This document shows positions 15,853-26,290 of a stretch of DNA of 64,000 bases, piece by piece. The DNA is taken from positions 276,552 through 340,551 of the forward strand of contig JBDRCO010000087.1 of NCBI GenBank assembly GCA_043821645.1, written 5' to 3'. The notes below the pieces were generated by a model. The model was given only the letters and a program-made list of their open reading frames with translations. It was not told the DNA's origin and made no database searches. The stretch's first letter is position 1; each line of letters begins with the position of its first letter. Source of the stretch: Pseudomonadota bacterium (GTDB taxonomy: Bacteria > Myxococcota > JACRCW01 > JAFGSX01). Position numbers and translations under genes: made by a program.

Positions 15853-18210
15853 ATGCATCTGGTCGAGTTCATAGTGCAGGGCGTACGGCAGTTCCCGTCC
15901 ACCCTGCGGCTTTCCCTGACGCCGGGATACAACGCGCTGTTCTCGGCGCCGGACGGCCGCGCCGAGGTCCTGTTCAAGGTCCTGCACGCCCTGTTCTACC
16001 AACCTGCCCTCGACGGCAAGCGAGCCGATCTGGTGGAGCCAGGTGCCCAGGTGTCGCGGGGTGGGGTGACGCTGGTGGGGCGCGATGGCCGGAGCTACCG
16101 CCTGCTGCGCGACTTTCTGGCCGGCGCAGTCTCGCTCTCCGTCGACAACGGGCAGGGCGCCTTCACCACCCTGTCCTCCACGGGCCAGGAAGTGGAGCAG
16201 TTGCTCAGCGCCCAGGTTGGTCTGGTCAGCGAGGATGTCTATCGCGTGCTGCTGTCAACGGCTCTGTCCGACATGCCCTCACGGGCCACGGTCGGACCGA
16301 TAGCGGGGCTCGTTCCAGCTGGCGCAGCACCCAGCATGATGCCCGGGGCAGCACCTGGCATGATGCCCGGGGCGGGCCCGGGTATGGTTCCTGGAGGCTA
16401 TCCACCCGGCATGCAGGGATACCCACCGGGGCCGCCGAGCTATCCCGGGGCCATCCCCCCTGGCATGGGGCCGTCGAGTTACCCAGGAACCATACCTCCG
16501 GGAATGGGGCCGCCGAGCTATCCCGGGGCCATGGCGCCCGGCATGGGCCCCCCAAGCTATCCCGGAGCAGTCGCCAATCCCTACGCCCAGCCCGCGGGGC
16601 CTGGCGCCTACTGGGGACAGGCACCCGTGAGCCCCTTCGCCCACCTGAGCGAGGATGAAAAGCGAGCCAAGCTGACGGAACTGCAGCAGCACCGCAAGTC
16701 GGCCGACGCCCTGCGCAGCATGGAATTCGAGGTCGATGGCTTGCAGCGGCGCAAGTTCGAGATCGAGGACGAGTTGCGTCCCTTCCGCGACGCCATGCAG
16801 CTGCTCGACGACGCTCGTGCCAAGCTGCAGCCCTTCGTCGACATCGAGGACATTCCACCCGATTTCATCAACAAGCTGGACTGGTTCCGGCGTGAGCAGC
16901 AAAAGCGCGATCAGAACATCAAGACCCTGGACACCGAGTTTCGTCGCGAGCGCGCCCTGCTGGCCCGGGGTACCCCCAGACCCTTGCTCAAGGAGCCCCT
17001 GTTTCTTGGTGGCCTGGCGGGCGGAGTGCTCGCCTTTGGACTCGGAACGATGCTCGCACGCAGTGTCGATCCGGCCATGTGGTGGATCGCCCTGCTCGAC
17101 ACCGTGGGCTTCGGGGCCGCAGGACTTGTCCTCCTGCGCCGCATCAGCGACGACGAAGCCAAGGGCGACACGGCGCGTGCGGAGCGCAAGCTCGACGAGC
17201 GCAAGAGCCGGGTGCTGAATCGCTTCGAGTTGGACACCACGGCCGTGCGCAAGATCTTGCTCAGGCACAACGTGGATCAGGACGAGCTGGACCCCCTGGA
17301 GATCCGCCTGAATCGGCGTCTCGAGACCCTGCAGGAGATCGCCAGCGCCGAGGTGGCGCTGCACGGCATCGAGGGCCAGTCCGGGATCGATGCCATTGCC
17401 CTCAACGAGGAGCTGCACCAGCTGGAGCAGCAGGTCGCCCAGGCCGAGGACCACCTCGCCAAGGCCGGCGCGGTACAGGTGGACATGGCCGAGCTGACCA
17501 GCCAGATCCACCAGCTCGAGGCGGAGCTTGGCGTCAAGGACGACGGCGACGATGCACCCGCAACCCTGGGCTATGACCCGGGCTACGGGGGCAGCGGACC
17601 GGACCAGGGTGGTGGAGTGCCGCCCATCCAGGCCTCGGCCAACGACTCTGGACCCGGGTGGCGCTGCGCGGCGGGTGATGACGGCTATGGCATGGGCGGC
17701 ACGGGGGATGCGGACGATTACGGCGGAGGTGGTGGAGCCCCCCCGGCACCTCCTGCTGCCGCGGTGGTGATAGACCAGAGCCGACTGATCATGGAAAAGG
17801 CGGACAGTCTGTTCTGTACGGGCATCGCCGCTCTGGGGGCGCGGGTCTCGGCGCGCCTGGTGCAGTTCCTCGGTGCCTTCACCGAGCAACGCTTCAGCGG
17901 TGTGCAGTTTGGCGAACGCGGGGACCTGTCACTCATCGAGGCGCAGAGCGGGCGTGCCGTTCCCTTCCTGATGCTAGCTCCACCTGACCGCGACGTGGCC
18001 TATCTGTGCCTCAAGTTCACCCTGCTCGAAGCCCACGTTCAGCTGTCGCCGATCCCGGCCATCCTCAACGATCCCTTCGTGGCCCTGGCCGAGCTGAGGC
18101 ATCCCCTGGCCATGAAGATGTTGCAGTTCATCTCCACGCAGATGCAGATCGTGCACCTCACCTCACTGGAAGCCCTGGCCCCCGAGGGCGCGGGCCGTAT
18201 CCCACTGTGA
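15853..18210 (+). CDS. SMC/Rad50/YhaN-like coiled-coil protein with degenerate ABC-ATPase motifs, two TM helices and Pro/Gly repeats
   Basis: SMC-like N-terminus ([21 protein letters not shown]), coiled coils, central TM hairpin, C-terminal [14 protein letters not shown]. Confidence 0.75.
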   Translation: MHLVEFIVQGVRQFPSTLRLSLTPGYNALFSAPDGRAEVLFKVLHALFYQPALDGKRADLVEPGAQVSRGGVTLVGRDGRSYRLLRDFLAGAVSLSVDNGQGAFTTLSSTGQEVEQLLSAQVGLVSEDVYRVLLSTALSDMPSRATVGPIAGLVPAGAAPSMMPGAAPGMMPGAGPGMVPGGYPPGMQGYPPGPPSYPGAIPPGMGPSSYPGTIPPGMGPPSYPGAMAPGMGPPSYPGAVANPYAQPAGPGAYWGQAPVSPFAHLSEDEKRAKLTELQQHRKSADALRSMEFEVDGLQRRKFEIEDELRPFRDAMQLLDDARAKLQPFVDIEDIPPDFINKLDWFRREQQKRDQNIKTLDTEFRRERALLARGTPRPLLKEPLFLGGLAGGVLAFGLGTMLARSVDPAMWWIALLDTVGFGAAGLVLLRRISDDEAKGDTARAERKLDERKSRVLNRFELDTTAVRKILLRHNVDQDELDPLEIRLNRRLETLQEIASAEVALHGIEGQSGIDAIALNEELHQLEQQVAQAEDHLAKAGAVQVDMAELTSQIHQLEAELGVKDDGDDAPATLGYDPGYGGSGPDQGGGVPPIQASANDSGPGWRCAAGDDGYGMGGTGDADDYGGGGGAPPAPPAAAVVIDQSRLIMEKADSLFCTGIAALGARVSARLVQFLGAFTEQRFSGVQFGERGDLSLIEAQSGRAVPFLMLAPPDRDVAYLCLKFTLLEAHVQLSPIPAILNDPFVALAELRHPLAMKMLQFISTQMQIVHLTSLEALAPEGAGRIPL
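16330..16572 (+). repeat. In-frame low-complexity repeats (MMPGAAPG; 33-bp [11 protein letters not shown] units)
   Basis: PSYPG/SSYPG motif repeated four times at 33-bp spacing, preceded by 24-bp MMPGA units. Confidence 0.8.
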
Positions 18211-18896
18211 CGGCAGATGCTCAGCTCGTGCTTTCGATGCCCGTGCGGCGTGGGCATCGGGTCGGGCTGACGACGGACGCCGCCTGCGATCCGGGGCTGC
18301 GCTGGGCTGCCGATCAGCAGCTCACCCGGGTGGCCGGGGTCGATGAGGCGGGGCGTGGTCCCCTGGCTGGTCCAGTGGCGGTGGCGGCGGTGGTCCTGGA
18401 CCCTGCACGTCCCGTCGAAGGCCTCGACGACTCGAAGAAGCTCAGCCCGGCTGCCCGCGAGGCTCTGGCCGCGCTGGTGCGCGAGCGCGCCCTGGGCTGG
18501 GTGGTGGAGTTTGCCGAGGTGGACGAGATAGACGCCCACAACATCTTGCGCGCGACCCTGCGCGCCATGGTCCGAGCGACCCGGGCTCTGCAGCCGCCGT
18601 GTGATGGCGTGCTGATCGATGGCAACCAGCGCCTGGAGCTCGAGCTGCCACAGCTCACGCTGGTGGGTGGCGATGGCCTGTCTGCACCCATCGCGGCCGC
18701 CTCCATCCTCGCCAAGACCGCGCGCGACGCGCGCATGCGTGCACTGGATATCGAGTATCCAGGGTATGACTTCGCACGCCACAAGGGCTATGGCACGGCC
18801 CTGCACCTGGATGCGCTGCGCCGCCTCGGACCCTGTCCCCAGCATCGCCGCAGCTTCGCCCCGGTCCGCGCGGCCCTGGAGGGTCGGGGTGGTTGA
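18207..18896 (+). CDS. rnhB: Ribonuclease HII
   Basis: [49 protein letters not shown]; start uncertain (GTG 18207 or ATG 18237). Confidence 0.95.
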   Translation: MTADAQLVLSMPVRRGHRVGLTTDAACDPGLRWAADQQLTRVAGVDEAGRGPLAGPVAVAAVVLDPARPVEGLDDSKKLSPAAREALAALVRERALGWVVEFAEVDEIDAHNILRATLRAMVRATRALQPPCDGVLIDGNQRLELELPQLTLVGGDGLSAPIAAASILAKTARDARMRALDIEYPGYDFARHKGYGTALHLDALRRLGPCPQHRRSFAPVRAALEGRGG

Positions 18897-19266
18897 TGCC
18901 CGTCACCGTCGAGGTGCGGATGGCGAGGACGCCGCCGTGGCCGAGCTTCAGCGCCGAGGCTACCGCCTGATCGAGCGTAACTTTCGTTGCCGCGCCGGCG
19001 AGATCGACATCGTGGCCGAGCACGAGGACGCCCTGTGTTTCGTGGAGGTCCGTACGCGGAGGCAGGGCGCCATGGTGGACGGCCTGGCCTCGGTGGACCA
19101 CCGCAAGCGTGGTCGGCTGATCCGGGCTGCGCAGTACTACTGCCTGGTACGCAGCGTGGGGGAGCGTGCCATGCGCTTCGACGTGGTCAGCGTGCGCGCC
19201 CTGAACGCCGGTGGCTTCGACGCCGAGCTCATCCGCAACGCCTTTGACGCGGGAGGCCTTCCTTGA
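18889..19266 (+). CDS. yraN: YraN (UPF0102) family putative endonuclease
   Basis: [37 protein letters not shown]. Confidence 0.92.
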   Translation: MVDARHRRGADGEDAAVAELQRRGYRLIERNFRCRAGEIDIVAEHEDALCFVEVRTRRQGAMVDGLASVDHRKRGRLIRAAQYYCLVRSVGERAMRFDVVSVRALNAGGFDAELIRNAFDAGGLP

Positions 19267-20111
19267 CAGAGCGCGGGACCCTGTTTCTCGTCGCCACGCC
19301 CATCGGGCACCTGGGTGATATCTCCGAGCGCGCCCGGGACATCCTGGGCCGTGTCGACGTGGTCGCGGCCGAGGACACGCGGCGCACACGGCAGCTGCTC
19401 AGCCACCTGGGCCTGCGCAAGAAACTGATCTCGGTACACGGCCACAACGAGGTCGGACGTATCGCAGCCCTGCAGGCCGTGCTCTCACAGGGTCAGGACA
19501 TCGCCCTGGTGTCCGACGGCGGCACTCCTCTGATCTCGGATCCCGGCGAGAAGGTCGTGGCAGCCCTGGCAGAGGATGGTTTCGACGTGGTGAGCGTGCC
19601 TGGTCCCTGCGCGGCCATCGTCGCGCTCACGGTGTCGGGCTTGCCCGCGGATCGCTTCACCTTCGTTGGCTTTCCACCGCGGACGCCCAAGAAAGCCGAT
19701 GAGGCCATCGAGGCTCTGGTCGCCACACCCGGGACCCTGATCTTCTACGAGTCGCCACGGCGCACCACGGTGCTGCTCGACCGCCTGCTCGCCAAGCTCG
19801 GCGACCGGCGTGCCGTGCTGTGCCGCGAGCTGACCAAGCTGCACGAGGAGGTGGTGCGCGGCACGCTGAGCAGCCTGCGCCTGCGCACCGAGCAGGGCCT
19901 GCTCGGTGAGATCGTGGTCCTGGTCGAGGGTGCCGCTGCGGTCCGCGCGACCCAGGCCGTCGACGTGCCCCGGGTCGAGGCCCAGCTCAAGGACGGCGAG
20001 CGCCCCCGGGACATCGCCCGCGAGCTGGCGCGGCGCAGTGGCCTGTCGTCGCGTGCGGCCTATGCCAAGGTGCTGGCGGTGAAGGCGAGGATGGAAGGCG
20101 GCAGTACCTAG
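19263..20111 (+). CDS. rsmI: 16S rRNA C1402 2'-O-methyltransferase RsmI
   Basis: LVATPIGHLGDIS, AAEDTR, VSDGGTPLISDPG, FYESPRR, RELTKLHEE. Confidence 0.95.
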   Translation: MTERGTLFLVATPIGHLGDISERARDILGRVDVVAAEDTRRTRQLLSHLGLRKKLISVHGHNEVGRIAALQAVLSQGQDIALVSDGGTPLISDPGEKVVAALAEDGFDVVSVPGPCAAIVALTVSGLPADRFTFVGFPPRTPKKADEAIEALVATPGTLIFYESPRRTTVLLDRLLAKLGDRRAVLCRELTKLHEEVVRGTLSSLRLRTEQGLLGEIVVLVEGAAAVRATQAVDVPRVEAQLKDGERPRDIARELARRSGLSSRAAYAKVLAVKARMEGGST

Positions 20112-21484
20112 AAGGTCAACGCCAGGTGTGCTGCGGCCATGATGACCAGGGTCTCCTCGATGCGCAGTCGGCGTCCCGGGGTGTCGATGACAGGATCGAA
20201 GTAGCGGTTCCCCTCGTAAGCGTCGCGATCGATGAGATTGTCTGGTGGATCGCCCGCGTTGATGCCGTGGTCGTCGAGCTGCAGGATGCCATTGCCATCG
20301 CGGTCGGTGCCGATCTTCTCGCCCGTGATCAGGTGGTTGGTGTCGGTGCCGACATCCACACCCACGTCGAACTTCACGAATCGTGCGGCGCTGAACGAGA
20401 AGCCCACGTGCCCCAGCAGGGTGGCGTACTGATCCCGCAGGGTCACCTCGTTGAGCATGTCGCTCAGCTCCGAGTAGGTGCGCTGCTGTGCGTTGTAGAT
20501 GCCTGTGCCGTGCAGATCGATGGCGAAGCGCTGGGCCAGGGACTTGTTCTCGTAGGGCACCACCTCGACGCCGGCGGTGATGCCTCCGCGGTAGAGGTTG
20601 GCGGTGGCGTACTCGCCACGCATGCCCTCGACGGTGCTGCTCCCCGGGACGCCGAAGGTGAAGAACACGTTGGTGTAGGGCTCGAGTACGGCGTAGCGCC
20701 GCGAGAAGGCCGTGGACCAGGTGAACTGATGCAGGCCAAGGCCCACGCCGCCAGGGTTGCTGTCGCTGGCGGTCTCCAGCGGGTTCATGACCTTGCCGGT
20801 GGGGATGGTGTAGCGAAACTTGAGCACCCAGTTCGGCTGGCTGGGCGAGCGCTCCTGGTTGAGCGGTCCCCAGGCCAGGCCCACGGACATGTCGCCAAAG
20901 CCGATGAGGTTACCGAAGCCGCCGCGCACCGACTTGAACTGCCCGTTTTCGGGGTTGGAGTCGAACAGGTCCCAGACCGAGTCGCTGTCTATCACCGGGT
21001 AGCCCGAGGTCGAGCCGCTCAAGGTGTTGCGCTGGTCGGGCATGGTCGGGTCGCAGAAGGTCGGGCGTGGGCTGCCAAAGCGGCAGCGATCCGCCGCCAG
21101 GGTGGAGTAGCCGTCGCCGTTGTTCTGCGCCGGGTCGGTACCCCGCACGCCGGTCTGGAAGCGTCCCGAGCGCTGGTCGTAAATGACCAGGGGGAAATCG
21201 GCGAACAGCGCCAGGTCGTGCCACACACCCACCTGCAGCATGGGCGCCATGGTGTGGGTCATCTGCTGGTAGTCCAGCTCCTTGACCAGCAGGGTGCTGC
21301 CGTTCTGGGCCGACTCCCGGGTGATCTTCGCGGTGCGGTACTCGAAGTTGTAGAGCACCTCGATGTTGGCGTCGAAGGGATCGTCGCCGTCGGCAGCGTC
21401 GATGACGTCGGTGATGTCGGCGGCGTTGAGTGTGACGGGGATAAGCGCCAGCGCGATGGCGGTGATGAGGTTGCGCAGGTGCAT
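20108..21484 (-). CDS. Putative outer-membrane beta-barrel protein (hypothetical)
   Basis: Signal peptide (..VTLNA), alternating amphipathic strands, C-terminal HLALTF (terminal Phe); GGAG RBS. Confidence 0.7.
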   Translation of the reverse strand: MHLRNLITAIALALIPVTLNAADITDVIDAADGDDPFDANIEVLYNFEYRTAKITRESAQNGSTLLVKELDYQQMTHTMAPMLQVGVWHDLALFADFPLVIYDQRSGRFQTGVRGTDPAQNNGDGYSTLAADRCRFGSPRPTFCDPTMPDQRNTLSGSTSGYPVIDSDSVWDLFDSNPENGQFKSVRGGFGNLIGFGDMSVGLAWGPLNQERSPSQPNWVLKFRYTIPTGKVMNPLETASDSNPGGVGLGLHQFTWSTAFSRRYAVLEPYTNVFFTFGVPGSSTVEGMRGEYATANLYRGGITAGVEVVPYENKSLAQRFAIDLHGTGIYNAQQRTYSELSDMLNEVTLRDQYATLLGHVGFSFSAARFVKFDVGVDVGTDTNHLITGEKIGTDRDGNGILQLDDHGINAGDPPDNLIDRDAYEGNRYFDPVIDTPGRRLRIEETLVIMAAAHLALTF

Positions 21485-21599
21485 GTCCGGGCTCCCTGGT
21501 GGTCGGTAGCGTGGTGAGAGTCCGCTTGGACCCTGCGCCAACCGCACCGAAATTCCTGCGATTTGACGACGAGAACGCTAGACCGGGGTGGTCGGCGTG

Positions 21600-23018
21600 T
21601 CAAGGTAAGCGGCTGTCCTCGCGCAGACCGAGCTCGCGCATCTTGAGCTGGAGGCTCTTGCGGCTGATCTTGAGCCGCTGTGCCGCCTGGGTCACGTTGC
21701 CCTGGGTCTCCCCGAGAGCGCGCCGGATGAGCTCCCGTTCCAGGTCCGCGGTGGCGCGCCGGACCACGTCCTTGAGCGAGGCCCCATCGAGCTGTGCAGC
21801 CCGGGCCAGGTTACTGCCCGCGACATCGGCCCGCACCAGGGCCGCGCTGCGCATGGTCAGCTCCGGCGGCAGGTCCGCAGCCTCGATGGCCGGCCCATCG
21901 CTGAACAGCAGCGTGCGCTCCACGATGTTCTCGAGCTCGCGGATGTTGCCGGGCCAGGGATAGCCGCGCAGCACCGTCATGGCCTCGTCGCTGAAGCGCT
22001 CGACCTCGCGCCCGAGGCGGGCGTTGAAGTGACGCCGGAAGTGCTCGACCAAAAGCGGGATGTCCGAGGGCCGCTGGCGCAGCGGGGGCAGGTGGATGGG
22101 GACCACGGCGAGGCGGTAGTACAGGTCCTCGCGAAAGCTGCCCTCGCGCACGGCCTGGGCGAGGTCGCGGTTGGTGGCTGTGATCAGCCGCACGTCGATC
22201 TGTATGGTCTTGACCCCGCCGATGTGCTCGAAGGCCTTCTCCTGCAGGGCGCGCAGAAGCTTGACCTGGATCTCCAGGGGGATCTCGGCCACCTCGTCGA
22301 GGAACAGGCTGCCCCGGTCGGCCAGCTCGAAGCGTCCGGGCTTGGTGGCGGTGGCCCCGGTGAAGGCACCGCGATCGTGACCGAACAGTTCGCTCTCGAT
22401 GAGGCCGTGCGGGATGGCGGCGCAGTGAATCTTGATGAAGGGTCGTTCGCGTCGCGAAGAACACCGGTGCAGGGCCGTGGCGACGAGTTCCTTGCCCGTG
22501 CCGCTCTCACCGCTGATCAGGACCGTCGATGGCGTGTCGGCCACGCGCTCGATGAGCTCGACCACGCTGCGCAGCTCGGCGCTCTCGCCCACCAGGATCT
22601 GGCTGGTCGGGTCGCTGCCCTGGGTCTCCTGCTCGCCCAGGGCCCGGCTGGCCGCGGCCTTTTGCACCACCGCCAGCAGCTCATCCTGCTCGAAGGGCTT
22701 GGTGATGAAGTCGAAGGCGCCGGCCTTGAGCGCCTCGACCGCGTTGTCGACGGTGCCATGGGCGGTGATCAGGATGACCGGCAAGTCCGCGTGGCTCTTG
22801 CGCAGGGCGCGCAGCAGGTCCAGCCCGTCGGTGTGCGGCATGCGCAGGTCGGTGACGACCACGCCCACGGGGTCGTCGTGGCGGCTCTGCTCGATCACGG
22901 ACAGGGCGTGGCTGCCGTCGTGGGTCGCCACCACCTCGTAACCCGCCCGCCGCAGCGTGGCCGAGAGCACCGTGCGCAGGTTGGGTTCGTCGTCGGCGAT
23001 GAGGACGCGGGTGCTCAT
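21600..23018 (-). CDS. Sigma54-dependent NtrC-family response regulator
   Basis: REC (LIADDE, VVTDLRMP, FITKPF), AAA+ (GESGTGKE, ESELFGH, GAFTGA, FREDLYYRL, WPGNIREL), Fis-type HTH. Confidence 0.95.
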   Translation of the reverse strand: MSTRVLIADDEPNLRTVLSATLRRAGYEVVATHDGSHALSVIEQSRHDDPVGVVVTDLRMPHTDGLDLLRALRKSHADLPVILITAHGTVDNAVEALKAGAFDFITKPFEQDELLAVVQKAAASRALGEQETQGSDPTSQILVGESAELRSVVELIERVADTPSTVLISGESGTGKELVATALHRCSSRRERPFIKIHCAAIPHGLIESELFGHDRGAFTGATATKPGRFELADRGSLFLDEVAEIPLEIQVKLLRALQEKAFEHIGGVKTIQIDVRLITATNRDLAQAVREGSFREDLYYRLAVVPIHLPPLRQRPSDIPLLVEHFRRHFNARLGREVERFSDEAMTVLRGYPWPGNIRELENIVERTLLFSDGPAIEAADLPPELTMRSAALVRADVAGSNLARAAQLDGASLKDVVRRATADLERELIRRALGETQGNVTQAAQRLKISRKSLQLKMRELGLREDSRLP

Positions 23019-25174
23019 GCGGTGGCCGTGTCCTCGGGCTTCGGGGGGCTGGCTGCGACCGCGGCCACCGGCGAGCCTGCAGCAGGGGTGATCTCGGCAG
23101 AGGGCGCGGCTCCGAGGTCGCGCTCCGAGCGCACGGCGAGGTTGACGGGCAGGTGCACGCTGAACTCCGCACCCTCTCCTGGCTTGCTCCGAACGCCGAT
23201 GCGACCGCCATGGGACTCGATGATGCGCTTGCAGATGGCGAGCCCGAGCCCGGTCCCGCCCTCGCGGGTCGAGAAGAAAGGCGCGAACAGCCGGGCGCGA
23301 ACCTCGGGGGCGATGCCCGCTCCGCTGTCGCCGACCCGCAGTACCACGTGGCCGTCATCGGCGCTCATCGACGACGCCACGTGCTCGGTGTGCACGCTCA
23401 AGCGGCCGCTGCCGCGCATGGCCTGGACGGCGTTGAGGACCAGATTGAGGATCACCTGGCGCAGCTGGTCGATGTCGCCGCTGACCCGGGGCAAGGCGTC
23501 GGCGAGCTGCAGCTCCACGGTGACCGCCTCGGGGATCTCGCTGCCCTGGAGCAAGGTCAGGGTGCGCTGGATCGCGTCGTTGAGGTCGAAGGGCGCGAAG
23601 GTGCTGCTCGAGGGTCGGGCATAGTCCAGGAACTGGCTAACCACGCGCTCCAGGCGATTCACCTCGGACAGGATGATGTCGTAGAACTGCCGGGTCTCGT
23701 CCCGGGCCAGATCGGGTTCCAGGTACTGCACGGTGCTCTTGATGGCGCCCAGGGGATTGCGGATCTCGTGGGCCAGACCCGCGGCCATCTCGCCCAGCAA
23801 GGCCAGCCGGTCCCGCTCACGCAGCCGCTCGACCAGCCGTGAGTTCTCCAGCGCCACGGCCACCAGATCCGCCACTCGCACCAGCTGCGTGATCTCGTCG
23901 TTACTGAAGGCGCTCTCGATGCGCTCGTCGCGCAGGGTCAGCAAACCCAGCGCGCGGGTACTGCCGACGATGGGAATGACCAGGTCGGCGAACATGGCAT
24001 CCAGGGCCTCGAGAAGGGGGCGTGTGGCTTCGGACTGCGCTCGTCGGCCGTCGACCAGGGCGTGGCCATCGAGCCTGTCCTGCAGGGTGTCGCGCTGCAG
24101 GGGTACGCGATCGGCCTGCACCGCGTCCAGGAGCACGCGCTCGAGGCCTGGCTCCAGGCGGTTCACCGGCCGGGGCCCGCGGAAGCTCGACAGGGTGAGC
24201 CCGAGGTCGCTGTCGCCGAGCAGGTAGAAGGCGCAGTGCGTGGCGCGCTTGCTGTTGTAGATGGTGTCGAGGACGCGGGTCTGCACGGCCTCGGCGTCGA
24301 CCAGGGACAGCAGGGAATGCGACTGCTGGGCCAGGGTGCGCGCGAAGTCACGCTGGCGTGCGAAGAAGGTGCGGGCGAAAGTTTCTTCGAGCCAGGCGCG
24401 AACGGGGTCGTAGAGGATGAGAATGATGGCCGAGGCGAGCAGGGTGTTGAACACGAACACGCCCGGCGCGCTGGCCCACAGCACCAGCACGCCGTAGACC
24501 GCCGCCAGGGTCAGGGCCAGGGCCGAGAACACGGCGGCCTTGGCCAGCAACTCGTGCAGGTCGAGCAGCCGACGTCGCACCAGGGACTGGCTCATGAAAT
24601 AGAGGTAGATGGCCGTGGCGATGCCGCCCGGCGGAGGCAGGGGCACCCCGAGGCCGGTCACCAGGTCCACCACCACCGCACCCAGCACCACCACGCCACC
24701 CACGGTCACGGTGCGCAGCCGCCAGCGCTCGACCTCACTTTCGACGTCGCGGGCCCGGCGCTCCATGGTCCAGACCAGGCTGCCCAGGATGCTCAGAGCG
24801 AGCACCGCTGCGGCAACCCGGATGGCCAGGTGGGAGTGCAGCGGGGTGGCCGCCAGCACCAGCAGGACCAGGGCCACCAGCCAGGCCAGGCGTCCTCGCC
24901 GCGCGGCACGTCCACCGTGATCCGACAGCAGGGCCTGAAAGAAGGCGGTGCCTCCGACCAGCACCAGGGAGGCCGAGGCCATGTGCCAGCCGTCAAAGTC
25001 CACGTCGCGGATCAGCGTGCGCAGGAACGACACCAGGAAGAACAGCGCTGCGCCGAGGGAGAAGGCGGCATAGCGCAGGCTCAGGGGCTTGCGATCGCGG
25101 ATCAGCACGGCCACGGCCGTGGCCACACCCACGATCACCGCGACCAGCGCGGCCTGAGATGTGAAGCTGAACAT
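23015..25174 (-). CDS. Multi-TM GAF sensor histidine kinase
   Basis: Many N-terminal TM helices, GAF region, LAHEIRNPL, NLVLNAVQA, DSGAGI, GTGLGL; ATGA overlap with the regulator. Confidence 0.93.
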   Translation of the reverse strand: MFSFTSQAALVAVIVGVATAVAVLIRDRKPLSLRYAAFSLGAALFFLVSFLRTLIRDVDFDGWHMASASLVLVGGTAFFQALLSDHGGRAARRGRLAWLVALVLLVLAATPLHSHLAIRVAAAVLALSILGSLVWTMERRARDVESEVERWRLRTVTVGGVVVLGAVVVDLVTGLGVPLPPPGGIATAIYLYFMSQSLVRRRLLDLHELLAKAAVFSALALTLAAVYGVLVLWASAPGVFVFNTLLASAIILILYDPVRAWLEETFARTFFARQRDFARTLAQQSHSLLSLVDAEAVQTRVLDTIYNSKRATHCAFYLLGDSDLGLTLSSFRGPRPVNRLEPGLERVLLDAVQADRVPLQRDTLQDRLDGHALVDGRRAQSEATRPLLEALDAMFADLVIPIVGSTRALGLLTLRDERIESAFSNDEITQLVRVADLVAVALENSRLVERLRERDRLALLGEMAAGLAHEIRNPLGAIKSTVQYLEPDLARDETRQFYDIILSEVNRLERVVSQFLDYARPSSSTFAPFDLNDAIQRTLTLLQGSEIPEAVTVELQLADALPRVSGDIDQLRQVILNLVLNAVQAMRGSGRLSVHTEHVASSMSADDGHVVLRVGDSGAGIAPEVRARLFAPFFSTREGGTGLGLAICKRIIESHGGRIGVRSKPGEGAEFSVHLPVNLAVRSERDLGAAPSAEITPAAGSPVAAVAASPPKPEDTATA

Positions 25175-25267
25175 GTGCCCCGCTCCCGTTGCGTGCTGAG
25201 GACGGCGTTATGGAACCACGCAGCACGCGGGGCAGCAAGTCCCGGCCCCGGGATCGCGGCTCGGGCC

Positions 25268-26290
25268 TCAGTAGCTGCTGGCGTCGAGCTTCACCTTGCC
25301 CCTGAACACCCAGTAGATGATCGAGGTGTAGGCGAGCACCAGGGGCATGCCTGTGAGCGCTACCACCAGCATGATGCCGAGCGTCTTTTCCGACGACGCA
25401 GCATTGTGGATGGTCAGCGAGAAGGCGACCTCGGGCGTTGACAGGATCAGGGTCGGGTACATGCCCAGGCCGAAGACCGCCATCAGCAGGAACATGGCCG
25501 CGCACGACGACAAGAAGCCCAGCAGCTCGCGGCCGTGATGGATCTCGCGCGGGATGTTGGCGACCACCAGCACGTTGGCCAGAGGCAGCACGAACAGCCA
25601 GGGGTGCGCGCGAAAGGGCTCGACCATGTGCGGGATGGACAGCAACGTGGCCAGGGTGGTGGCGGCGTAGCACAGCACGAAGGCGATGATGGCCGGCCGC
25701 ACCCAGGTGCGCACCTGCGCCTGCAGCTCGCCCTCGGTCTTGAGCACCAGGTAGATGCTGCCGTGCATGGCGAACAGGGCCACCGTGGTCACACCCACCA
25801 GCAGCGGGAAGGGCGCCAGGAGATCGACGAAGGAGCCCGCGAACTCGAACCTGTCGTCGAGCGGGATGCCGCGGGCGATGTTGCCCAGGGCCACCCCGAT
25901 GAGCAGGGCTGCCAGCACACTGCCCACCGCGAAGCTGCGATCCCACAAGCTGCGCCACCAGGCCATGGGCTGCTTGCTGCGAAACTCGATGGCCACCGCG
26001 CGGAAGATCAACGAGAACAGGAGCAGCATGAAAGCCGTGTAAAAGCCCGAGAAGGCCGTGGCATAGACCTCGGGAAAGGCTGCGAACAGCGCGCCGCCGC
26101 CGGTGACCAGCCAGACCTCGTTGCCGTCCCACACCGGACCGATGGCGTTGATGAACACGCGGCGGTCGTGGTCCGTGCGGGTGAACAGGTGCAGCGCGCC
26201 CACGCCGAGGTCAAAGCCGTCGAGCACGGCATAGCCCGCGAACAGCACGCCCACGATGATGAACCAGATGCTCGGCAGATCCAGGTTCAT
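25268..26290 (-). CDS. cydB: Cytochrome bd oxidase subunit II
   Basis: [27 protein letters not shown]. Confidence 0.95.
   Translation of the reverse strand: MNLDLPSIWFIIVGVLFAGYAVLDGFDLGVGALHLFTRTDHDRRVFINAIGPVWDGNEVWLVTGGGALFAAFPEVYATAFSGFYTAFMLLLFSLIFRAVAIEFRSKQPMAWWRSLWDRSFAVGSVLAALLIGVALGNIARGIPLDDRFEFAGSFVDLLAPFPLLVGVTTVALFAMHGSIYLVLKTEGELQAQVRTWVRPAIIAFVLCYAATTLATLLSIPHMVEPFRAHPWLFVLPLANVLVVANIPREIHHGRELLGFLSSCAAMFLLMAVFGLGMYPTLILSTPEVAFSLTIHNAASSEKTLGIMLVVALTGMPLVLAYTSIIYWVFRGKVKLDASSY

Noticed and set aside
15853-18210. Pseudogene status for the SMC-like gene
   Set aside because: The reading frame is intact over 785 codons with ordered domains; degeneracy is concentrated in the catalytic motifs
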